Source: Candidatus Woesebacteria bacterium GW2011_GWB1_39_12
GTDB taxonomy: Bacteria; Patescibacteriota; Microgenomatia; UBA8517
Direction of reading: 5' to 3'
Assembly: GCA_000993405.1 (NCBI GenBank)
Contig: LBWB01000001.1
Coordinates: 5,229-69,228, forward strand
DNA length: 64,000 nt
Part shown: positions 39,610 through 49,684 of the stretch, piece by piece
How the letters are laid out: each line of letters opens with the position of its first letter
How positions within the stretch are numbered: the first letter of the stretch is position 1
Position numbers and translations under genes: made by a program
Notes under the pieces: generated by a model
The model's database searches: none
What the model was told of the DNA's origin: nothing
The model's input: the letters and a program-made list of their open reading frames with translations, nothing else

Positions 39610-40656
39610 TTATCCCCTGAAGAAGTCCCTGAAAGGAAGTATTTGGATCATTATTTTTGTCAGAAAGGCGAAACTTCTTGCTAATGCTAACGGATAATTT
39701 CTGGGATAAAGATAAACCTTAAAAGGATATTCTTTAAGGCCGTACTGAGAAAATGCATCTTTTCTTAAATAAGTTAAGATTGCTTCTTCGCTTATCCTAT
39801 TGCCCAATAGTCTGTAGAGAACAGATATCGTTTTTTCCTTTCCAAAATAAACACCAACCCTCAAACTTCCTTGTTTGATTTTTTTGTATGCTTTTATAAT
39901 TCTAAAAAGCATCCTTTTGTAACCCATGCCCGAAAAATAGACCGGTAGAAGTGATACGTCGCCTCTTTTCTCCTTTTTGATATTTAATATAATTCTTGAT
40001 ATACCAAAACCCCATTTTTTAAGTTCACTGCCTCCCCCGCCGGGAAAAATCACTACTATACCCCCTTCCTCAAGAGTTTTAGCAGCACTTTTAATACTTT
40101 TGTCATTGTTTTTAATTATTTGAGAATCGGAGAGAGTTTCGGATCTGCGGAACCTTTGCGATGGGTCAAATTTGTCTACTAGGCCAAAACCGCGTTTGTT
40201 GGAGTAATTTCTTGCTGCGACGGGAAGCGAATACTTTTGTATATGTTTTCCTAAAAAGTAATACATTCTGAATAGGATTAATTTAACTTTTTTCTGATTT
40301 AATAAGGAGAACAAAATAATTGGTTCAATGAAAGCATTATGGTTAACACCGTAAATTAGTAAGCCTTTTTGGTTTTGAAAGTTTTTATTAGAGATGTCGG
40401 AGTAAACAGCTGTATTTAGTTTTAGCTTATTTATAAATTTAGTCGCTTGTTTTTTTAGACCATATTTGGGGATATTTTTCTCGAAGTTGACCAAGTCGTT
40501 TAGAAATTTATGAGCAAAAAAATGTTTCTGATCAAATTTTAATAGCGATTTTAGAAAGAAGTTTTTTTCTGAACGAGATTTAAGTTCCTTCAGTAGAACT
40601 TCTAGACCGGACTCTTTATATAAAGACGCGAAGTTTTTCTGCTGTCGTCTTTCCAT
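39610..40656 (-). CDS. PlsC-like acyltransferase
   Basis: NHNAFIE (Hx4E), VVIFPGG, LLPVYF. Confidence 0.65.
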   Translation of the reverse strand: MERRQQKNFASLYKESGLEVLLKELKSRSEKNFFLKSLLKFDQKHFFAHKFLNDLVNFEKNIPKYGLKKQATKFINKLKLNTAVYSDISNKNFQNQKGLLIYGVNHNAFIEPIILFSLLNQKKVKLILFRMYYFLGKHIQKYSLPVAARNYSNKRGFGLVDKFDPSQRFRRSETLSDSQIIKNNDKSIKSAAKTLEEGGIVVIFPGGGGSELKKWGFGISRIILNIKKEKRGDVSLLPVYFSGMGYKRMLFRIIKAYKKIKQGSLRVGVYFGKEKTISVLYRLLGNRISEEAILTYLRKDAFSQYGLKEYPFKVYLYPRNYPLALARSFAFLTKIMIQILPFRDFFRG

Positions 40657-40705
40657 TCAAACTATTTTACACGATTTTAGAGATGATGTAGAATACTATT
40701 TTGAA

Positions 40706-40776
40706 GGGCCTGTGGTATACCGGTAACACGCTTGGCTGGCAGTCAAGAGTAGAGGGTTCGATTCCCTCCAGGTCCA
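40706..40776 (+). tRNA. tRNA-Ala(GGC)
   Basis: gggcctg/caggtcc with G3:U70; cttgg-ctGGCag-tcaag. Confidence 0.92.
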
Positions 40777-40808
40777 CAGATCGCGTTGTAAACTACTCTT
40801 TGAAGCTT

Positions 40809-41321
40809 TTAGTGGCTGTTAAGGGCTGAAGTAATTTTTTCTCGTGCGCCATCAGGTGATGTTTTTGTTACCAAAGCAACTTCCTCAATAATCATATCTA
40901 TTGCTTTTTTCAGCAGATCTTTTTTGGATTTTTTAAAATCAATTCCCTTTTTTAGACTTTCTTTCCAGTATTTTCTAATTACATACGCTGTTTCTCTGAT
41001 GTTATTTAAGCTTAAGATGGCGGAGGCGTCATCGATATCTAATTCTTTATTTTTTTTTGATTTAACTGATAAGTAAAAGAAAAGTTCTCTTATTTCTTCT
41101 TTTGAGGCGGGTGTCCTGAGATTGCAGCTTAAAATGCTGCTTTCGGGAATAGAACATATGAGGGTATTATTGTAAACGTTTTTGAAATATGGTTTGTAGT
41201 GGATTATTCTTTCTTCCTTATCTTGATCTTGTAGTTTTTGTTTTAATATTTTGAATACTTCATATACAACTCCCTTTTCTATTAGTTTTGTACCGATCTC
41301 GGTTTTATTAGATATATACAT
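40809..41321 (-). CDS. CarD-like protein
   Basis: beta-rich N-part, CSIP..NLRTPAS, C-terminal KKDLLKKAIDMIIEEVALV. Confidence 0.6.
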   Translation of the reverse strand: MYISNKTEIGTKLIEKGVVYEVFKILKQKLQDQDKEERIIHYKPYFKNVYNNTLICSIPESSILSCNLRTPASKEEIRELFFYLSVKSKKNKELDIDDASAILSLNNIRETAYVIRKYWKESLKKGIDFKKSKKDLLKKAIDMIIEEVALVTKTSPDGAREKITSALNSH

Positions 41322-41495
41322 ACAAGTTTTTAAATAGCTGCTACAAAATGGTGAAGATTAAATAAATTTTGTAAGTAGTTATCTTCTACAACTATAACAC
41401 GTTTTCGTTGAAGTTTAAAGTCCGAGAACTTCTGGATGTTTCTGCCAGAACACCCGGGGGCCGTTACGATATCGTGTTAAGGTTGCGTCTTATTG

Positions 41496-42626
41496 TTACC
41501 GTTTCCTGTTGAAGTAATTTTCAAAAAACTCGTAATAGATCTCTACAGTCTTGAACATTTTATCTATTTCGATGTATTCGTTTGGTTCATGAGCTGTAAT
41601 TTTTTCCATAGGATAATGAGCTATTGCTGGAATTCCAGCTTGATTAAATTCTTTGGCGACGCTATTTCCCGCTAAGGTTATTGGTATTATTTTAATTCCT
41701 AAATTCCTTGCGGCGTTAATGAATGAATTGATAAGAAGTTTATTTTTAACAAGGTGAGGTTCTGTTTTATAAATAATATTAATTTTAAATTTACCAATTA
41801 CATTCTTTAGTGTTTCTTCAATTTTAGAAATTATTTCTATAGAGCTTATACCCAAGGGAAAACGTATATCCATTTGTACATAAGCGTGCGAAGGAACGGT
41901 GTTTGCTATTTCCCCAGAATGAAATATGCTGAAATTTGCCTTCGTAGGAGTAAATTTTCTATTAAATTTTCTTGACCACTTGATTTTTTTAATATTTTCA
42001 ATGGCAGCTGTTAAATTACTCAAAGCGTTTTCTTCATTTTCCACTAAGGCGGAGTGCTCTTGTTTACCAAAGCTCTCAATTTTAACTTGGACGCACCCTT
42101 TTTCACCTATATCCAGTTTTGAGAAGTAACCTCCGTCGGGTATGAGCGCCGCATCGACTTTGAATCCTTTTGAGAGTAAGTATTTGACCCCATATATATT
42201 GTCTGCTTCTTCATCTGCCAATGCAATTAAATATATTTTACCATCGAAATCTTGATAATCTTTGACAAATTTTTTTATAGCGCAATAAGAGATTGCGAAT
42301 GGTCCCTTGTCGTCTATTGCTCCTCGACCGTATATTTTTCTGTTTTTCACGGTAGCTTTAAATGGATCCGTTTTCCAACCGTTACCTGCGGGAACGGTGT
42401 CCAGATGGCAGGCTATAAGAAGTGATTTTTCCCCTTTACCAATTTCTCCCACAATGTTAGTGCGTTTTTTATTTTTATATAAAATTTTATTTCGCATCCC
42501 CACTTTCTTAAACAAATCTATTACGTAATTCCTACACTTATATTCATCTCCTTTTGGACTTATTGTCTCAAAACTTATTAACGTTTTTGTAATGGTTGTT
42601 AATTCTTTTATTAGTTTATTTTTCAT
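41496..42626 (-). CDS. M20 metallohydrolase (ArgE/DapE-like)
   Basis: CHLDTVPAG..DPF, GRGAIDDKG, ADEE, AHEPNE. Confidence 0.92.
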   Translation of the reverse strand: MKNKLIKELTTITKTLISFETISPKGDEYKCRNYVIDLFKKVGMRNKILYKNKKRTNIVGEIGKGEKSLLIACHLDTVPAGNGWKTDPFKATVKNRKIYGRGAIDDKGPFAISYCAIKKFVKDYQDFDGKIYLIALADEEADNIYGVKYLLSKGFKVDAALIPDGGYFSKLDIGEKGCVQVKIESFGKQEHSALVENEENALSNLTAAIENIKKIKWSRKFNRKFTPTKANFSIFHSGEIANTVPSHAYVQMDIRFPLGISSIEIISKIEETLKNVIGKFKINIIYKTEPHLVKNKLLINSFINAARNLGIKIIPITLAGNSVAKEFNQAGIPAIAHYPMEKITAHEPNEYIEIDKMFKTVEIYYEFFENYFNRKR

Positions 42627-44596
42627 AAAGTGATTGGGGTGTTAAAAGGTTGTCGAATATTGAATTTCGATTCTGGATTATTTGGATCATATACTGCTCC
42701 CATTAAAACAGGAGAAGGATGATGCCTTAATGTTCCAAGCATGTAGTTGTCGGTTGTTTCAAGGTCCCAGACTACTTTATGTCCTGATTTTGCGTATTTA
42801 ATAAAAAGCATATACAAAAGGCCTTCTTCGAGGGCAGAAATTACTAATGGCTCATGAATTTTACGACCTCCTATGGCTTGTTCTTGTTTTCGTCTATAGT
42901 TTTTTTCCTGTTCTTCGTAAAACATAAGCCAGCCTTCACCAACCCCGAAATTCTCATTTAACCATTTTCTGATATTAATTTGATTTTCATCTGTTCCTAA
43001 GTGTTCTAAACAATTAGGAAAGTTTTCCGTATAAGAAGTGACAAAATATTCAACCAGACTTCCCATAAGTTTTTCAATTGATGTAATTCTAACATCAATA
43101 CCACGATTTCTTAGATGTCTATCAGATTGGGCTTCTGCATCGGTTTTTGAAGCCTGAAGTGCCTGAAATATTTTTTCTTCTTCTCCCAGGTAATATTCTT
43201 GGACGTCTACTCCAAGATCTATGAGGTCTCTGGACTTTTTCGTTTCGCCCGTATAAGTACAAATTTCCAAGGATACCGAAATACCCTGTTCAATTAATGG
43301 TTGAAAAGTATCTGCGATAGTCGTGGCTGTATTTTCAAAACGATCACCAATGGTTGGAAGCAATCTGCCAGACATGTGGCGTATGTTTCCGTTTCTTTCC
43401 CTACAGTAGTCGTAAGGTGGACAAACAGGAGTAATTATTTTTATTTCTCCTTCTCCAGTCTGTTTTGCAAGTAGATTAAGTGCCATATTAATGGAATCTC
43501 TATGAGAAGAATTCTGATCAATTTCAGAAGATAATAGGAATGTAGGTAGCGTGTGAGTTAAGAAAATCTTTGCTTTTTCCTCGTCGTAATCTTTCCACCC
43601 TTCAATTTCGTTTAGAATTCCTAAAATTGTAGTCTGACTTAAATAGCTTCTTTTTAGTTTTTCTCTTGTTATAGTAATTTCCTGCTGATAATTATTTGGT
43701 GGGTTTTGACCAGCACCATTTTTTATGTTTACTATTCTTTGTGCAAGACCGTTGTAATATTGTTTTGCATAATCTCCCAAACCTGCTCTTCCGAGATCCA
43801 CATTACACATTTTTCTCATGAGTTCTGTAACTTGCGTTTTGTTGGGTGGATCTTCCCGATTCTTTTTTTTAGTTTCCCATTGACTATCTTGAATCCGTGT
43901 TAGTGGAGTACTTGTATCTATTAGTTGTGTGAGCTTGTAAAGTAAAGCAGGATCTGTTGTTGCAATTACTTTAGTGTTTGATAGCAGATTAGCGAGTGTA
44001 TTTTCATCCGCCTCTTTTTGTTCCCATTGTCCTTCTAAAGAGAAATAACGAATTGTTACTTTTTCCCTGAATTCTATAATATAAGGTGTCTTTTCTTTTG
44101 CTTGTGGCAAGATTTCTATTTTAGAAAGTCCTGAAACATATCCAACCCCATCTTTTAATGGAAGCTTGGTTGATTCATAAGGCACCGCATCCTCCCGTTC
44201 AATTCCAAGAATTCTTGGTTCGCCGCCATATTTTTCGGAATGATCATAAATAAATGCTTCAACGAATAGATGCGGGCCTTTTAGACCAGTATAGCCTTCG
44301 CATGAACTTATAGAGTAATCCGTTCCTTCATTTGTAAACATCTCATTTTTTAGAATAAGTTTTTCTCCGTGGTCATCATGTTGTTTATCTGGAATGTCCT
44401 GAAGGACTGTGATATAGTTGTTTGGAGATCCGTCATAATCTTCTACATATGATACAATTCCCGCCTCTGCTACAAATATTCTTTTAACTCTAGATTCAGG
44501 GATTTGAACTAATTGTACCTGGTTACTTTCCCGAACATTAATTTCTCTCTCTCGAACATTAGGGTTTGTGTGTGTTTGGAGTTGATATATTGACAT
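42623..44596 (-). CDS. 657-aa hypothetical protein
   Basis: Long ORF coupled (ATGA overlap) to M20 gene; TPVCPPYDY motif. Confidence 0.8.
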   Translation of the reverse strand: MSIYQLQTHTNPNVREREINVRESNQVQLVQIPESRVKRIFVAEAGIVSYVEDYDGSPNNYITVLQDIPDKQHDDHGEKLILKNEMFTNEGTDYSISSCEGYTGLKGPHLFVEAFIYDHSEKYGGEPRILGIEREDAVPYESTKLPLKDGVGYVSGLSKIEILPQAKEKTPYIIEFREKVTIRYFSLEGQWEQKEADENTLANLLSNTKVIATTDPALLYKLTQLIDTSTPLTRIQDSQWETKKKNREDPPNKTQVTELMRKMCNVDLGRAGLGDYAKQYYNGLAQRIVNIKNGAGQNPPNNYQQEITITREKLKRSYLSQTTILGILNEIEGWKDYDEEKAKIFLTHTLPTFLLSSEIDQNSSHRDSINMALNLLAKQTGEGEIKIITPVCPPYDYCRERNGNIRHMSGRLLPTIGDRFENTATTIADTFQPLIEQGISVSLEICTYTGETKKSRDLIDLGVDVQEYYLGEEEKIFQALQASKTDAEAQSDRHLRNRGIDVRITSIEKLMGSLVEYFVTSYTENFPNCLEHLGTDENQINIRKWLNENFGVGEGWLMFYEEQEKNYRRKQEQAIGGRKIHEPLVISALEEGLLYMLFIKYAKSGHKVVWDLETTDNYMLGTLRHHPSPVLMGAVYDPNNPESKFNIRQPFNTPITL

Positions 44597-44608
44597 ATTT
44601 TTCCAACT

Positions 44609-44788
44609 AAAAAACCTCTCGTGGTGAGAGGTTGTTCTTATTTTTATTTTTTTAATTCTTAATTTTTAATTTATCTTTCTTTCTCTCACCACTTAACTTA
44701 GCCCTCAATAAAGAGGACAAAGTTCATAATGAGAGAAAGGTTTCTCATGATTTAGGGTATTTTATATGATCGTTGTTTTATTTGTCAA
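44609..44788 (-). promoter_or_regulatory. promoter and leader-peptide attenuator of the 657-aa/M20 operon
   Basis: TTGACA promoter; leader 44698-44748; gtggtgagag pairs with ctctcaccac or with leader ctttctctca; terminator aacctctc-accac-gagaggtt + T run. Confidence 0.75.
44698..44748 (-). CDS. putative leader peptide MRNLSLIMNFVLFIEG
   Basis: Same position relative to promoter and hairpins as the Thr and Phe leaders. Confidence 0.6.
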   Translation of the reverse strand: MRNLSLIMNFVLFIEG

Positions 44789-44867
44789 GACTAAATATTT
44801 ATATTACGAAGTCTTTGTAAGCAGAGCTTGGCACCGCTAAAGCGTTGTAAACAAGTTTGTGCACTGC

Positions 44868-46211
44868 TTAACTTTTCGCTAAGTTTGCATAAAAATCGGT
44901 CATTACTTCTATTCCTTTGTAGTAGTTTGATAGACTGAAGTGCTCGTTTGGAGCGTGAATGTTTGATCCTGAATAGTCAAACCCGACCATAATTACGGGT
45001 ACTTTTAAAGCCTTTGCCATAATCGGAACAAATCCGATTGATCCGCCCACTCCTTTAAATACGGGTTCTTTTCCAAAATGCTTTTTTAGTGACTGTTTCA
45101 TTAAATTAAATACTTTATTGTCTGTTGGGGCTTTGTAAGGAAGGCAGTCTGCATGTCTTATAAATTTGATTTTTACCGTTTTTGGTGCGATTTTATTAAT
45201 GAAACTAACAAAATGTCCATAAATTTTATCGGAGTTTTGATTTGGAACTAATCGCATGCTGATTTTCGCTCCTGCTTTGGCCGGTATTATGGTTTTACTT
45301 CCTTCGCCAGCATAGCCTCCCCATATGCCATTGACGTCCAGAGTTGGTCGTGTCCAGAGTCTCTCGAGTAGACTGTATTTTGTTTCATCATTACTAATAC
45401 CATAGACGTCAGCTTCTTTGATGAGTATGTCTTTTGTTATATTAATTTTGTTAAAATCTTTGAGTTCTTTGGGTGAAAATGGGACGATATCGTCATAGAA
45501 ATGTGGTATGGCTACTTTTCCTGAAGATTCTTTGAGTTTTGCAATGATATTTGCCAATACGTTCGCAGGATTATCAATAGCACCTCCGTATTGTCCTGAA
45601 TGAAGATCGTGCTTTCCGCTTTCAATTTGTACTTCGGTGTATAAAAGCCCTCTTAGACTAATGTCTATTGAAGGTTGGCCTTTTTCTGGTATTTCAGTAT
45701 CTGAAACGATCATGTAATCACAATTTAGAAGATCTTTTGAATATTTTCTAACGATATCCGTGATGCTTGGAGATCCGATTTCTTCTTCGCCTTCGATTAT
45801 AAACTTGAAATTAACTTGTAGTTTTTCATTTTTTTCTAACAACTTCTTAAGCGTCATTATATGTATCATTATTTGACCTTTGTTATCGGTTGTGCCTCTT
45901 CCATAAAGTTCCTTACCCTTTACGGTAGGTTCAAAAGGTGGTGTATTCCATTCATTCAAGGGGTCAGGAGGTTGAACGTCGTAGTGGCCGTAGATTAAAA
46001 CAGTGGGTAGTGAACGGTGGACGGTGTACTGTGCGAAGACTGCGTCGTGCTTTTTGCCTTTTAATATTTTTGTCTTAAAACCCATTGATTGGAAAAGATC
46101 AACAAGGTAAAGCCTCGCTTTTTCCATATCTTTCCTATGTTCTTCTTGAGTAGAAATGCTGGGAATTTTAAGTAAGTTGATTAGTGGGCTGAGAAGTTGT
46201 TGCTTATTCAT
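44868..46211 (-). CDS. M20 dipeptidase
   Basis: YGHYDVQP, GRGTTDNKGQ, EGEEEIGS, HSGQYGG, HAPNE; start trimmed to ATG 46211. Confidence 0.93.
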   Translation of the reverse strand: MNKQQLLSPLINLLKIPSISTQEEHRKDMEKARLYLVDLFQSMGFKTKILKGKKHDAVFAQYTVHRSLPTVLIYGHYDVQPPDPLNEWNTPPFEPTVKGKELYGRGTTDNKGQIMIHIMTLKKLLEKNEKLQVNFKFIIEGEEEIGSPSITDIVRKYSKDLLNCDYMIVSDTEIPEKGQPSIDISLRGLLYTEVQIESGKHDLHSGQYGGAIDNPANVLANIIAKLKESSGKVAIPHFYDDIVPFSPKELKDFNKINITKDILIKEADVYGISNDETKYSLLERLWTRPTLDVNGIWGGYAGEGSKTIIPAKAGAKISMRLVPNQNSDKIYGHFVSFINKIAPKTVKIKFIRHADCLPYKAPTDNKVFNLMKQSLKKHFGKEPVFKGVGGSIGFVPIMAKALKVPVIMVGFDYSGSNIHAPNEHFSLSNYYKGIEVMTDFYANLAKS

Positions 46212-46221
46212 CGAACAAAAA

Positions 46222-46869
46222 TTACCCCGCTGAGCGCTGTAGGTAGTGTTCGCCTGATAAAAGATATTTGGCGCCGTATTTTTTGTAATTTGATCCCCAG
46301 GCATTTTTCCTCGCAGCACGTCTATTGACTGAATGTAGCCAGATTGACGCCTCCTCGACTTTTTTCCTGAAGGATTTAATAAACTCCAACAATTTTTCAA
46401 AGAAAATGACGTGGTAAACTCCGGGCTCAACTGGAGCTTGAAATGCGGCAATTTCAGTTTCTTCTGCAAGGTTTTCCGTTTGTTGAGCCAAGAAAAGGAT
46501 TTCTTCACGGATTGCTGTCAGCTGCATCCTAAGTTCATTTGTCTTTTTCTCGATTTGAACGCGTTCTTCCTCGATGAGTCTTCTTTCAAAAGACATCTGC
46601 TTTTTAGTTTTTTCAACCTCTTCATATCGACCTGAAATAACTTCGCTAAATTCGATTGCCTCACCCGGAACAATTTCACCCGAAAAGTTTTTTGGACTAG
46701 GTCTGAAACCAAGAAGCTGTTCCATAAAATCTCCAGGAAGTTTTGCGGCTTCGTCACGCATTTGTTTGGCAGCATCTGATCCGATCTCTTTTAAATCGTC
46801 TTTAAAAGCTTCTAATGGATTTGGCTGCCTTGGTAATTTTTGCCCTTTACCTTTGTCGCCTTTGTTCAT
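46222..46869 (-). CDS. DUF5660-like coiled-coil protein
   Basis: PGVYHVIFFEKL..AW..KKYGAKYLLSGEH. Confidence 0.7.
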   Translation of the reverse strand: MNKGDKGKGQKLPRQPNPLEAFKDDLKEIGSDAAKQMRDEAAKLPGDFMEQLLGFRPSPKNFSGEIVPGEAIEFSEVISGRYEEVEKTKKQMSFERRLIEEERVQIEKKTNELRMQLTAIREEILFLAQQTENLAEETEIAAFQAPVEPGVYHVIFFEKLLEFIKSFRKKVEEASIWLHSVNRRAARKNAWGSNYKKYGAKYLLSGEHYLQRSAG

Positions 46870-46934
46870 AGTTAAATTTGGCCTGAATTATATCAGAAAA
46901 TGCAAGTTTTTGGTAGTTCGGGATTTGTTACAGT

Positions 46935-47831
46935 TTAGTTTAAAGCAGTCAGATAGTCCAGTGCTTTTCTTCGTCTTAATATTGCTTCGATAAACCTTCT
47001 TCTTTCGGGTGTGTCAAGTTCTTTGGATAGTTTTGGATCGGCTTGGGCCGCATTAAGCGCCGCCTCGACATCTTTGGCTTCAATAGAAAGATTTTCCTTT
47101 TGTGCTACTTCACTTAAAATAAGATCCACAGAAATTGCATCAGATGCTTGTTTTTCATATTCAAGCCGAAGCGTTTCGCCGGTTTTATTGATTGAAGCAA
47201 GATACGATTCTAAGGATAAACCCAATTTTTCAAGTCTTTCTAAAAGTTTTGCTAAGCGGCTATTGGCTTCTTCGTCAATAAGAATCTTGGGAATCTTTAA
47301 ATTTATTTTTTCAAGAAGCGTTTTAAGAATTTGCTGTTCTTTTTCTTCACGGCTGGGTTCTTTTTTTTCTTTATCTTTTCCTGGAATCCAGAGAGATTTT
47401 GCTCGGTTTATTCCAGAGATGTCTTTTTTGTAATCATTGAGTTCTATTTTAGGAATCTCGCAGGTAACCGCCCTTACCTGCCAGTCTTCGCCATCCTGGG
47501 CTTTGACGAGTTCAAATCTTGGGTAAATTGCCGGCTTTATTTTGTATTTGCTAATTGAGTCGGTTACAAGTTTAGGCAGGATTTTAGAAAGAGTTTTTTC
47601 TAATAGAGTATTTTGAGGAATATGCTCGATTACTTTTTCTAAAGTTGCCATGCCACGTCTGAATCCTGGAACTTCAATGTCTTTTCCGAGCTCTTGGGCC
47701 GCATCCTCGCGAGATTTCTGAATTTTCTCATATGGAATGGTAAAGGTTATCTGAATAGTTCCATCGTCGCTTTTGGCAATTACGGATTCTATAGATTCGG
47801 TTTCGGATTTGGGAGATTTTAACTTAGGCAT
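46935..47831 (-). CDS. tig: trigger factor lacking the FKBP domain
   Basis: VPGFRRGMA ribosome-binding motif + C-domain; only 298 aa. Confidence 0.88.
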   Translation of the reverse strand: MPKLKSPKSETESIESVIAKSDDGTIQITFTIPYEKIQKSREDAAQELGKDIEVPGFRRGMATLEKVIEHIPQNTLLEKTLSKILPKLVTDSISKYKIKPAIYPRFELVKAQDGEDWQVRAVTCEIPKIELNDYKKDISGINRAKSLWIPGKDKEKKEPSREEKEQQILKTLLEKINLKIPKILIDEEANSRLAKLLERLEKLGLSLESYLASINKTGETLRLEYEKQASDAISVDLILSEVAQKENLSIEAKDVEAALNAAQADPKLSKELDTPERRRFIEAILRRRKALDYLTALN

Positions 47832-48147
47832 ATGGGTGTATTATAATCTTTTAACTGGAAATTGGTAATTGGAATTTGGAAATTACCGAGCGGCGCGAGG
47901 TTTATCCTTTATGCTGGGTTTTAAACTGAGCTGGATTAAATTTTTGTTGTGGGCTAGAAAATTTGCTTTTGCCGCCACTAAAGAGACTTCCCTTAAAATG
48001 ATCGGGGGTTCTGTATTTAGGCCCTGCGGCGTTTGGTGCCGACTTAGATTTGATAAATGTCTTCATCCTTCGACTCCTCCCTTTAGTCGTCGCTCAGGAA
48101 AAGTATGTCATATTATATAACTTCAATGGAAAATGTAGTAGTCGGTT

Positions 48148-48495
48148 TTATTTTTTCTTATCTTGGGCAAGTTTGTGGAGGAAAAGGCTGACAAGGGAAA
48201 GGACTATAGAGGCAATGACAGCAGTCATAAAGTTTTCAATCACAAAGCCGGGAACAACAAAACTTACTCCCCACAAGAGAACCACGTTTATAAGAAATGC
48301 CGTAATTCCGAAGGTGATTATACTTAAAGGAATGAAGATTATCTGAAGGACGGGCTTAATAAAAGTATTAACAACTCCAATTACAACGGCGGTTACAATG
48401 GTATCCCAAAAAGTTTCAAAGCTGAAGCCCGGAACTAAATATGAAACAATTAATAAAGTAAATATATTTAACGCTAAAGTGATGATTAATTTCAT
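48148..48495 (-). CDS. phage-holin-family (4TM) membrane protein
   Basis: NTFIKPVL..PLSIITFG..INVVLL. Confidence 0.85.
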   Translation of the reverse strand: MKLIITLALNIFTLLIVSYLVPGFSFETFWDTIVTAVVIGVVNTFIKPVLQIIFIPLSIITFGITAFLINVVLLWGVSFVVPGFVIENFMTAVIASIVLSLVSLFLHKLAQDKKK

Positions 48496-48584
48496 AAGCT
48501 ACTAGTACCTGAATAGTTTAATGACTATCGTCTAGCATATTTTTAATAATGAGGTTTAAAAATAATTTTGTCAACCCGGTGGTT

Positions 48585-49640
48585 TCATTCTAAGTTGTCA
48601 TTGAAAAATTCCAGATCTCTTTGAATGACTACATCCCAGCTTGGGCGCATATTGTGATCGGTTGCCGGATATTTATTGTAAATAATGTCTTTATCAAGGG
48701 CTTTAAATTTATCGACTAGTTCATCACTCCAGGCAAGCGGAACCGCTTCATCGACAGTTCCTTGTTGGATTTGAATGGGAGCATTGATTCTGTCCAAATA
48801 ATTAGCAAGGGAATAAAGTTCAACATCGTAATCTTCTTCGAACTTTGAAAGTTCGCGCCTGATAAGCTTTCCCCGATCCTCCGATTCGTCTGTATAGAAA
48901 AGAACTGAATATGGAAAAGGCTTTGAGACGGGCGCCCAGAGGGTGGTCGGATAATCACCTCCGGTTATTTCTAGGATGGTTAAAGCAATTTGACCTCCGT
49001 TGGAGTGTCCCCAGAGAAAAATAGACGATCGATTAATCAGTGAATCGGTTAATCTGGGATAAGGGGTTGAGATTAAGCTAGGTTCTTTTGGAATATTTTC
49101 GATAGATTTGAGAAAACTCAAGACAGTAACATATGTTTGGAAACGGGTTTCAAAGATGTTTGCAGTTTCTTCGTCAGACCCTCCATACCCCAGAAAGTCC
49201 GGCGCAACTGTAATAAATCCTCGTTCGGCTAAAAAATTTGAGGCATTTCTGGTTCCATCCCCGGTTTTAAAGAGTTTTTGATCAATATATCCCCGAAACA
49301 TCAATATTAATGGAAATTTACCATCACCTTTCGGAAGGTTAATTTGTCCGGTTACCTTTTTTAGAGTTTTGCCGTCGAGATTTGGGTTAAATTCAAATTC
49401 AAAAAGATAAGAAGAATATTCAGTCTCTTCTTTTAAAACCTCTTTAATTTCAAGTTTACCTGGTTTAATTTCGGTTTTCGCTAGGTTTCCAATAGTGTAT
49501 TTTTCGAAAGGCTTGGGTTTTTGCTTGTCGATAATGGGTATCGAAGGGGTATTAGACAATTGCAATCTATCACCTAAATAGAGTCCAACAACAAAAGACG
49601 CTCCAGTTAAGATAAGAATAAATAAGAACTTTTTCATCAC
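48585..49640 (-). CDS. exported alpha/beta hydrolase
   Basis: APDFLGYGGS, WGHSNGG, QGTVDEAVP, DH. Confidence 0.88.
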   Translation of the reverse strand: MMKKFLFILILTGASFVVGLYLGDRLQLSNTPSIPIIDKQKPKPFEKYTIGNLAKTEIKPGKLEIKEVLKEETEYSSYLFEFEFNPNLDGKTLKKVTGQINLPKGDGKFPLILMFRGYIDQKLFKTGDGTRNASNFLAERGFITVAPDFLGYGGSDEETANIFETRFQTYVTVLSFLKSIENIPKEPSLISTPYPRLTDSLINRSSIFLWGHSNGGQIALTILEITGGDYPTTLWAPVSKPFPYSVLFYTDESEDRGKLIRRELSKFEEDYDVELYSLANYLDRINAPIQIQQGTVDEAVPLAWSDELVDKFKALDKDIIYNKYPATDHNMRPSWDVVIQRDLEFFNDNLE

Positions 49641-49684
49641 CCGAATTGTACACTAAAGTGCCAGAAATTTTTGAAGATTTATAG

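Noticed and set aside
46212-46508. N-terminal extension of the 546-aa M20 ORF; similar extensions of rplT, rpsP, PBP and 59134-59736
   Set aside because: Overlap other genes or regulatory leaders; family similarity starts at downstream ATGs
48148-48495. Prophage inferred from holin-family gene
   Set aside because: Family is common in chromosomes; no phage genes nearby
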